A DNA stretch of 64,000 bases from Saprolegnia diclina VS20 (Eukaryota). Shown here in pieces: positions 63,747-64,000 of this stretch. The notes below the pieces were generated by a model. It searched no databases. It was not told the origin of the DNA and worked only from the letters and a program-made list of their open reading frames with translations. How positions within the stretch are numbered: the stretch's first letter is position 1; each line of letters begins with the position of its first letter. The position numbers and the translations under genes are program-made. The stretch covers positions 524,954-588,953 of the forward strand of contig NW_008246070.1 of NCBI RefSeq assembly GCF_000281045.1, given 5' to 3'.

Positions 63747-64000
63747 ATGGCCGACGCTCCGGGCTCGCTGGCTTTGCGCCACGTTGTGGTCATGCATCGC
63801 CACGGCGACCGGTCGCCCATCGCTTCGCATGTGTCGCCCAAGCTCTCCATCGACGAGACCGAGCGCGCGTACTGGGCGTCGCAGCTCTTGACGCCCGATG
63901 ACATTGCCATCTTGGACGCGGCCGCGACCGTGCACACGGAAGATGAGCCCAAGCACGGGGGCGTTTGGCCGCTCGGACAGCTCACGCGCCGCGGAATGGA
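63747..64000 (+). CDS. Histidine acid phosphatase (clade 2), N-terminal part, runs off window
   Basis: MADAPGSLALRHVVVMHRHGDRSP contains the RHGxRxP motif; later GQLTRRG. Confidence 0.9.
   Translation, partial: MADAPGSLALRHVVVMHRHGDRSPIASHVSPKLSIDETERAYWASQLLTPDDIAILDAAATVHTEDEPKHGGVWPLGQLTRRGM

Overview
Gene-dense, GC-rich eukaryotic DNA with many short (about 40-55 bp) GT-AG introns. Gene content (TKL receptor-like kinases, an oomycete-type bZIP protein, mitochondrial HslV, INR/FPR-like promoter motifs) points to an oomycete, probably Saprolegniales (inference). About 28 protein-coding genes were reconstructed by hand across introns, so boundaries are approximate. No rRNA, tRNA, CRISPR array or intact transposon was seen. 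Highlights: (1) two paralogous giant four-repeat 6TM+CNBD channels with asymmetric, non-GYG selectivity filters, where only the fourth CNBD keeps the canonical Arg; (2) a tandem pair of receptor-like TKL kinases whose ectodomain has elicitin-like Cys spacing; (3) a palindrome GTATCAA[G/C]TTGATAC that recurs in introns and intergenic DNA; (4) two abutting perfect hairpins at about 63.3 kb; (5) a tandem two-domain Kir channel; (6) an intronless bacterial-type P-loop kinase (HGT candidate); (7) an ankyrin-pseudokinase gene with roughly one exon per repeat; (8) a candidate poison exon in a long DBP2 intron; (9) a B-box-like insertion in a GNL1-type GTPase; (10) a phenylalanine hydroxylase with a mitochondrial-type presequence.
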